Source: Bacteroidota bacterium (GTDB taxonomy: Bacteria > Bacteroidota > Bacteroidia > UKL13-3). From it: 64,000 bases of DNA. The stretch lies in the NCBI GenBank assembly GCA_947507965.1, contig CANNQU010000004.1:15652-79651 (forward strand), written 5' to 3'. This document shows, in pieces, positions 58,085 through 64,000 of this stretch. How positions within the stretch are numbered: the first letter of the stretch is position 1; every line of letters starts with the position of its first letter. A program made the position numbers and the translations under genes. Below the pieces are notes generated by a model. It saw only the letters and a program-made list of their open reading frames with translations, was not told the origin of the DNA and did no database searches.

Positions 58085-61000
58085 ATGAAGTTAGGGTGGC
58101 CCTTCTTTTTTTTCTTCATTTTATTTTTCACACATGAAAGGGTAAAAAGTCAGACGTTATTGCCTTTGCAATTTAAATCCGGGAATGTTTTTCCGGTGGT
58201 GTATTTAAACGACTTCGACAACCCACAGCAACGATCTAAAATGCAGTATGGGAACCAATACTATTTCATACTGCAATTTGAAAAAGTTCCTAATGAGTAT
58301 CTAATGCAAGAAATAAGTACCTCTTATGACTTGGTTTTTGAACAGTACCTCCCCTCCAATAGTTTTTATTGTTATTCAACAAAACCAATATCTGCAAGCT
58401 CTTTTGAACGATATCGTATCCGTTCTATATCGGCGGTTGAAACAACAAACAAAATAGACCTCGAATTAAAATCAAAGATATCTAGTCAGGAGGTACCCCC
58501 TGGAAACCTATTAAATATGGCCATCACCGTTTATGAACAAGGTGATTTAGGGAAGGCTATCAATATACTTTCTTTACTCGGGTTTGAAGTTCAAAAACAG
58601 TCATTGTACAAAAAAATAATTCATCTCAAGGCAGAGGCAAAAGAACTTCCTATTTTAGCTGCCTTACCGTTTATTGTATGGATTGAAGCCGAGCAGCCGA
58701 CTCCTTTTTCTTATAATCTCCCGGGATTGAACGACCATCGAGATAATGTATTAAATTTTTCAGGTCTGGGTGGTTATAATCTTCATGGCGACTCGGTTGT
58801 AATTGGGGAAGGAGATGATGGATATGTTCAGCCACACCTAGATTATTCTTCTCGGCTTTCTAATTTTTATCTCTTACAAAACTCGGATCACCCGGAACAT
58901 GTTGCAGGCACCATCATTGGAGCCGGAAACATTGACCCTTCTTTCAAAGGTATGGCTGACAAGGCGACGTTACTTGTCGATCATTTTAATGCAATTCAGG
59001 ACGACGTGCCGATATTGTATCCTTCAAAGAATATGGTTATTACCAGTAACTCTTGGGGTAGCACATCGGGATGCAGTAGTATTGGTCAATATACGGCTTC
59101 CAGCAGTTCTATCGATCAGCAATTGCGCCTTTACCCCAAATTGTTACATGTATTTGCTGCCTCTAATGATGGCGCAAATGCCTGTGCCCCTTATTCTGCT
59201 GGTTATCGAACCATTAGTAGTAATGAAAATTGTGCAAAAAACATACTCACTGTTGGTGCCGTTACATCGATCGACGCGATCGCCAGTTTTTCGAGTAGAG
59301 GTCCTTGTTTGGATGGAAGAATAAAACCTGAAGTTTGTGCCGTGGGAGTTCTTGTTAACTCTACGGTTCGTACCAATACCTATTCTTTAAAATCAGGTAC
59401 AAGTATGGCTACGCCAGGCGTTAGCGCTACCCTGGCATTACTAGAGCAACGTTATCGGCAGTTACATTCTTTTACAAATGCCGACGGTGCGTTTTTAAAA
59501 GCCCTGCTCGCCAATACAGCCGATGATTTGGGAAACGCAGGGCCGGATTATTATTACGGTTTTGGCAGAATTAATGCTCGCAAAGCCATAGCCTGTCTGG
59601 ATGCTAATCGGTATCTCGAAAATACAGCGTCGCAAAATGATAGTATTAGTTATGTTATTACTATTCCTTCTGATGTTTCCCAGTTGAAGGTCATGTTGTA
59701 TTGGAATGATAAGGAGGGGTCGGTAGCAGCGTCTTATGCCTTGGTAAACAATTTAGATTTGAAAGTTTATGATCCTGCAAGCACTTTGTATCAGCCTTGG
59801 GTACTTGATTATCGCGCTGCCAATTGCGCATTGCCTGCCACTCGTAAAGCCGACACGCTAAACAATATAGAACAAGTTACCATAACGAACCCAAGTAGTG
59901 GAAGTTATCTTCTGGTGGTACGCGGCACCAATATCCCCTTTGGCCCTCAAAACTTTAAACTAATATATGATTATTACCCACCTGCCATAAAATTAACCTA
60001 TCCTATTGGAAACGAAAAGCTTGTTTCCGGTACTTCCGAAACTATTTATTGGGATAATACCGGCATTACAACGGGCACCTTTAGTTTGTCGTATTCGAGC
60101 GACAGTGGAATTACGTATACCAGCATAGCCAGCGGCATCCCGGTCACCACCCATTTTTTTACCTGGAGCTTATTACCTAGTGTTTATTCGAATAAATGCA
60201 TGGTGAAAATAACGCATAGTACTGGTTTATTTCTTGATTCCTCTATGGCAATTTTTACCATTGCAGGTAAGCCCGGTTCTTTTTCAATTAGTGCGTGTGA
60301 TAAGCAGGCTCGTCTAAGTTGGACTTCGGTTACAGGGGCATTAGCATATCAAATATATTTAATTGATACGAACCAAACGGGGAATATATTGAGTGTCAAA
60401 CAAGTGAGTGGCACTTCCTGCAGTGTAAGTCCATTAACCAGCGGAAGGGACTATTGGTTTAGTGTTGCCGCTGTATTCACGGGTGGTTTTATCGGTCAGC
60501 GTACGGTTGCTGTCAAAACAACCTCCACAACGAATGCCTGCAATAATGCGAACGATATTGGTATATCAGCCATTGTTGCACCAACGAGTGGACGCCGGAA
60601 TACATCCACCCAGCTTTCATCCACACAAAATATTACCGTTACACTAATAAACTATAGCGGTTCGAGTGTCTCATCCATTCCTATTCATTATTCTTTGAAT
60701 GGTGGCACGGTTATTTCTGAAACCTATGGTGGCACAATTTCGGCTAACAGTTCGGTAAACTTCACCTTTGCGACGACGGCTAATTTTCTCGCCACAGGAA
60801 ATTATTTGTTAACATGTTTCACAACCTATGTAAGCGACCCAAATGCTAGTAATGACACGATAGTAATGGTTGTTAAACAGATCATTAATGACCCCATAAC
60901 ACTACCTTTATTCGAAAATATGGAAGGCTGTACTCAAACGTCTTTATCGGCAAATTATATTGGAGTTGAAGGAATGGAATTAGCCGATTATAGTACCAGC

Positions 61001-63430
61001 ACCTTGTTGGGGCGCTCCCGTTTTAGTTTAAGCAGCGGTTTTACTACTTCAGGAAGTAAATCGGTGGTGATGGATAAATCAATACCTAGCGGTGCAACCA
61101 ATATAAATTACGTAACCTTTACCTTTAATTTATCTAATTATACGGCTAGCTTTTACAATCCAACCCTTACCTTTAACTTTACACATTATGGCGAAGAGTT
61201 GAATGCCGCCGATAGTGTATGGATACGCGGTGACGATACACAACCCTTTATTCCGATCTACAGTTTATTTCAGAATAAGCCATCGATAGGGTTTTTTAAA
61301 ACATCTAGCCTTCTAAATATAAAGACACTTTTAAGTGCCGGTGGACAAAGCATTTCGTCTTCCTTCCAACTTAGGTTCGGGCAGCAGGACGATAGCTCTA
61401 CCTTTAGCTCCAGTAATGCCGATGGTTTTGCTTTTGACGATATACGTATTTTTGATTTGAATAGTGATGTAGGTATGGATTCGGTTATTGGGCTTAATAA
61501 CGATTGCTCGCTTTCGGCGGCGACAAGAATTATTTTTAAAATCACCAATAATTCATCAAGTGTGCTAACCAATATCCCGGTAGCTTATACGGTTAATGGA
61601 GGAAGCGTGTTACGCGATACCATACCAACACTAGCAGCCAACACCACAGTTATTGATACTTTTTCCACTCTGGCGGATTTTTCTTTACCAGGACTTTATC
61701 AGGTAAGGGTATGGAATGAATGGGTTGCCGATCAGTATCACAACAACGATACTTTCATTCGTAGCGATTTATATAATTATGGATTAGTAGCTTCGTACCC
61801 GTATCATCAGAATTTCGAAACCTCCGATGGTAACTGGATCAGTGGAATTAAAAGTGGAACCCAAAATAGTTGGTTGTGGGGAAGTCCAAGTAAAACCATG
61901 ATTAATGGTGCAGGCAGTGGAAGCAAATGCTGGGTTACCAATCTTACTTCGAACTATCCTTCTAACGAAGAAAGTTTCTTGCTCTCTCCTTGTCTTGATT
62001 TTTCTGCCCTGAGCAATCCTAAAATTTCATTTCTTATGAACTTTGTAACCGAATCAACCTGGGATTGTGTTGTATTGGAGCAGAGCATTAACGGTGGAGT
62101 AACTTGGCAACGAGTGGATAGCAGTAACAACACGGAGTTATATAATGCACCCATGATGCAAGTCGGTTCGCCCGACGCCCCCGTATGGAGCAACAGTAGC
62201 AGTGGCTGGAGCTTGTATCAATTTCCGTTACATGGGATGGAGATCCAATCGAACTGTAAAATACGTTTTCGTTTTTTTAGCGATGGAGGAGTTGTTGATG
62301 AAGGAGTAGCAATTGATAGTATTGTTATTTACGACAAACTGCCAATACGTACTACCAGTGCTGATTATTTGATAACGGGCAATAAACCCATATTTAAAGG
62401 AAGCGAGTGGATAGATGTAGCAGACGATGCAAATAATATTGTTTTTTCTATTAATCCTAAGGGTAATAATTTAGGAAGTACGGCATGGGGCGTTCGCATC
62501 AATAATGGCTCCATTCGCACCGATTCGGTGGAGTCGGGAGGCACTAAGAATTTTGGCTATTATCTTGATAGAAACTTTTTTATTCATCCTCAAACTCAGC
62601 CTTCTTCGGCAGTCGATATTCGTTTTTATGTAAAGACTGCAGAGATTCAGCGTATCATAGACTCCGTTTTTAATAAATATGGCCGCGTTATTCCTGCCGA
62701 CAGTATTGATGTCTCCAAAGAAGCATCTACGAGCATCAATTTAGATCCTACGATTCACACTGGTTCAACAGGAATGTTATTGCTTAATTCCTCCGCTTCT
62801 GCCTATAATACCGATCTCTACCTTCAGGTCTCCACGGCATCATTCAGCAAGTTCAATCCAAGTTACGTGCCGCCTAATCCAAGTTTGTCTTTACCCGTAA
62901 AATGGTTAACGGTAAAGGCACAATGGGAAGATAACCTTGCTAAAATAAGTTGGAAAGTGGGGCAGGAAATAAATGTGGGTCGTTATGAAATAGAAGTTTC
63001 GTGGGATGGCTTGCATTTTGAAAAAGTAGGAGAAGCGGCTTCCAAGCACCAATCGTATATTGAACAGAACTATTTTTTCTTTCATTCATGGGTCACTAAT
63101 AATCAAACCGCGTTTTATCGTATAAAGCAAATCGATTTCAATGGAACCTTCACCTATTCAGCTCTGGTAAGGTTATCCAGGCTTTTGCAGTCTTCTATTT
63201 ACCCAATTCCGGCGACCGATAAACTGAATATCATACTCTCCGAAAATCATTCGACACAACCCCTTGTTGTAACGTGTTTTGACATGGAAGGAAGAGCGCT
63301 TTTTAGCGAGGCAATCCCTCCGTATCAAAGGCAGTCTCGATTGAATGTAAAGACATTACCCAATGGCATTTACATGCTTCGTTTTAACGATGCCTCTTAT
63401 AAAACGATACGTTTTGAGGTCTTCCGTTAG
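58085..63430 (+). CDS. Giant secreted S8 subtilisin-like serine peptidase with accessory MAM-like, CARDB-like and FN3-like domains and a T9SS C-terminal sorting domain
   Basis: Signal peptide present. S8 catalytic triad blocks VVIGEGDDGY (Asp), HPEHVAGTIIGAGN (His) and GTSMATPGVSATLA (Ser). Downstream there are FN3-like (LSWTSVTGALAYQIYL; KISWKV...RYEIEVSWDG), CARDB-like (DIGISAIVAP...) and two MAM-like segments (GFAFDDIRIFD; VAIDSIVIYD). The C-terminal LPNGIYMLRFNDASYKTIRFEVFR is a T9SS CTD. Confidence 0.85.
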   Translation: MKLGWPFFFFFILFFTHERVKSQTLLPLQFKSGNVFPVVYLNDFDNPQQRSKMQYGNQYYFILQFEKVPNEYLMQEISTSYDLVFEQYLPSNSFYCYSTKPISASSFERYRIRSISAVETTNKIDLELKSKISSQEVPPGNLLNMAITVYEQGDLGKAINILSLLGFEVQKQSLYKKIIHLKAEAKELPILAALPFIVWIEAEQPTPFSYNLPGLNDHRDNVLNFSGLGGYNLHGDSVVIGEGDDGYVQPHLDYSSRLSNFYLLQNSDHPEHVAGTIIGAGNIDPSFKGMADKATLLVDHFNAIQDDVPILYPSKNMVITSNSWGSTSGCSSIGQYTASSSSIDQQLRLYPKLLHVFAASNDGANACAPYSAGYRTISSNENCAKNILTVGAVTSIDAIASFSSRGPCLDGRIKPEVCAVGVLVNSTVRTNTYSLKSGTSMATPGVSATLALLEQRYRQLHSFTNADGAFLKALLANTADDLGNAGPDYYYGFGRINARKAIACLDANRYLENTASQNDSISYVITIPSDVSQLKVMLYWNDKEGSVAASYALVNNLDLKVYDPASTLYQPWVLDYRAANCALPATRKADTLNNIEQVTITNPSSGSYLLVVRGTNIPFGPQNFKLIYDYYPPAIKLTYPIGNEKLVSGTSETIYWDNTGITTGTFSLSYSSDSGITYTSIASGIPVTTHFFTWSLLPSVYSNKCMVKITHSTGLFLDSSMAIFTIAGKPGSFSISACDKQARLSWTSVTGALAYQIYLIDTNQTGNILSVKQVSGTSCSVSPLTSGRDYWFSVAAVFTGGFIGQRTVAVKTTSTTNACNNANDIGISAIVAPTSGRRNTSTQLSSTQNITVTLINYSGSSVSSIPIHYSLNGGTVISETYGGTISANSSVNFTFATTANFLATGNYLLTCFTTYVSDPNASNDTIVMVVKQIINDPITLPLFENMEGCTQTSLSANYIGVEGMELADYSTSTLLGRSRFSLSSGFTTSGSKSVVMDKSIPSGATNINYVTFTFNLSNYTASFYNPTLTFNFTHYGEELNAADSVWIRGDDTQPFIPIYSLFQNKPSIGFFKTSSLLNIKTLLSAGGQSISSSFQLRFGQQDDSSTFSSSNADGFAFDDIRIFDLNSDVGMDSVIGLNNDCSLSAATRIIFKITNNSSSVLTNIPVAYTVNGGSVLRDTIPTLAANTTVIDTFSTLADFSLPGLYQVRVWNEWVADQYHNNDTFIRSDLYNYGLVASYPYHQNFETSDGNWISGIKSGTQNSWLWGSPSKTMINGAGSGSKCWVTNLTSNYPSNEESFLLSPCLDFSALSNPKISFLMNFVTESTWDCVVLEQSINGGVTWQRVDSSNNTELYNAPMMQVGSPDAPVWSNSSSGWSLYQFPLHGMEIQSNCKIRFRFFSDGGVVDEGVAIDSIVIYDKLPIRTTSADYLITGNKPIFKGSEWIDVADDANNIVFSINPKGNNLGSTAWGVRINNGSIRTDSVESGGTKNFGYYLDRNFFIHPQTQPSSAVDIRFYVKTAEIQRIIDSVFNKYGRVIPADSIDVSKEASTSINLDPTIHTGSTGMLLLNSSASAYNTDLYLQVSTASFSKFNPSYVPPNPSLSLPVKWLTVKAQWEDNLAKISWKVGQEINVGRYEIEVSWDGLHFEKVGEAASKHQSYIEQNYFFFHSWVTNNQTAFYRIKQIDFNGTFTYSALVRLSRLLQSSIYPIPATDKLNIILSENHSTQPLVVTCFDMEGRALFSEAIPPYQRQSRLNVKTLPNGIYMLRFNDASYKTIRFEVFR

Positions 63431-63576
63431 GTGAAAAAAATCATTGTTTTTATGATGTTTGAAGAGTAAATAAGGGGCCATACGCGCCCCAAGATTTAAC
63501 ATATAGATAACATAAGGTTAATTTTGGGTTAATCGTCACTTCATTTCTTTGCCATCAAATAATAATCAAGTCAATC

Positions 63577-64000
63577 ATGCAAAGAAAAAATACTTTCGCA
63601 CTAATCACAGGGATACTTTTTATATGTTTCTCGAAAATGGCAACAGCGCAGGAGATCGAGCAAACGCCTCTTGACACGCTAACAACAACAGTTTCTAAAT
63701 TGCAAACCGAACTCGATTTGCAGAAAAAATTTAAAATTAGCGGCTATGTGCAAGCACAGTTTCAAAGCATTGATTCGGCTGGGGCTTCAAGTTTTGCCGG
63801 AGGGAATTTTCCTGCCTATACTAACAATAGATTTGTTTTACGTAGGGGTAGAATAAAGGCGGCTTATGACAATGGTATTGCACAAGGTGTAATACAGTTC
63901 GATGCCACCGAAAAAGGACTAGCCTTGAAAGATGCCTATATTAAAATTACAGAGCCTTGGTTAAATGCGGTAAGTTTAACTAGCGGTGTTTTTGATCGTG
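63577..64000 (+). CDS. Outer-membrane porin-like protein (OprO/OprP-type), 3' end outside the window
   Basis: ATG at 63577. Signal peptide MQRKNTFALITGILFICFSKMATAQE. There is a coiled-coil-like segment, then beta-strand pattern SGYVQAQFQS..NNRFVLRRGRIKAAYD typical of phosphate-selective porin-like barrels. The ORF is open to the window end. Confidence 0.5.
   Translation, partial: MQRKNTFALITGILFICFSKMATAQEIEQTPLDTLTTTVSKLQTELDLQKKFKISGYVQAQFQSIDSAGASSFAGGNFPAYTNNRFVLRRGRIKAAYDNGIAQGVIQFDATEKGLALKDAYIKITEPWLNAVSLTSGVFDR

Noticed and set aside
63440-63480. GC-rich hairpin ggggc-catacgc-gcccc after the S8 gene
   Set aside because: It is a 5-bp stem without a following T-run. That is too weak to call a terminator.

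Overview
This 64 kb window looks like a Bacteroidetes chromosome, most likely a Sphingobacteriia/Cytophagia-type organism. The evidence is T9SS C-terminal sorting domains, GLPGLI, DUF1573, PafA and SBBP-repeat proteins, a MurF-Alr fusion, a GH3-hexosaminidase/beta-lactamase fusion and kynurenine 3-monooxygenase. I found no tRNA, rRNA or CRISPR array by eye.

The backbone is housekeeping: purE, birA, rsfS, ftsH, rarA, secA, purL, recA and murF-alr. Several more AT-rich accessory blocks are interspersed among these genes.

(i) A co-directional cluster on the minus strand: 7TMR-DISM LytS-type sensor kinase, LytTR regulator, PafA-like alkaline phosphatase and a CapD/WbpM-like sugar dehydratase.

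(ii) An ECF sigma factor followed by two paralogous small membrane proteins rich in His, Gly and Trp.

(iii) A very AT-rich surface-glycan block, bordered by a truncated IS3-family orfA remnant. It holds a GT4 glycosyltransferase, a Wzy/O-antigen-ligase-like protein, a 665-aa polytopic membrane protein with a GT-C-like DD loop motif, and an acyltransferase-3.

(iv) A second AT-rich module: TylF-like O-methyltransferase, a propeller/Y_Y_Y LytS-type kinase, a LytTR regulator and a membrane-anchored EEP nuclease/phosphatase.

(v) A 1781-aa multidomain S8 subtilase with MAM/CARDB/FN3-like modules and a T9SS sorting domain.

All calls rest on reading the translated ORFs and the raw sequence. No database search was possible.
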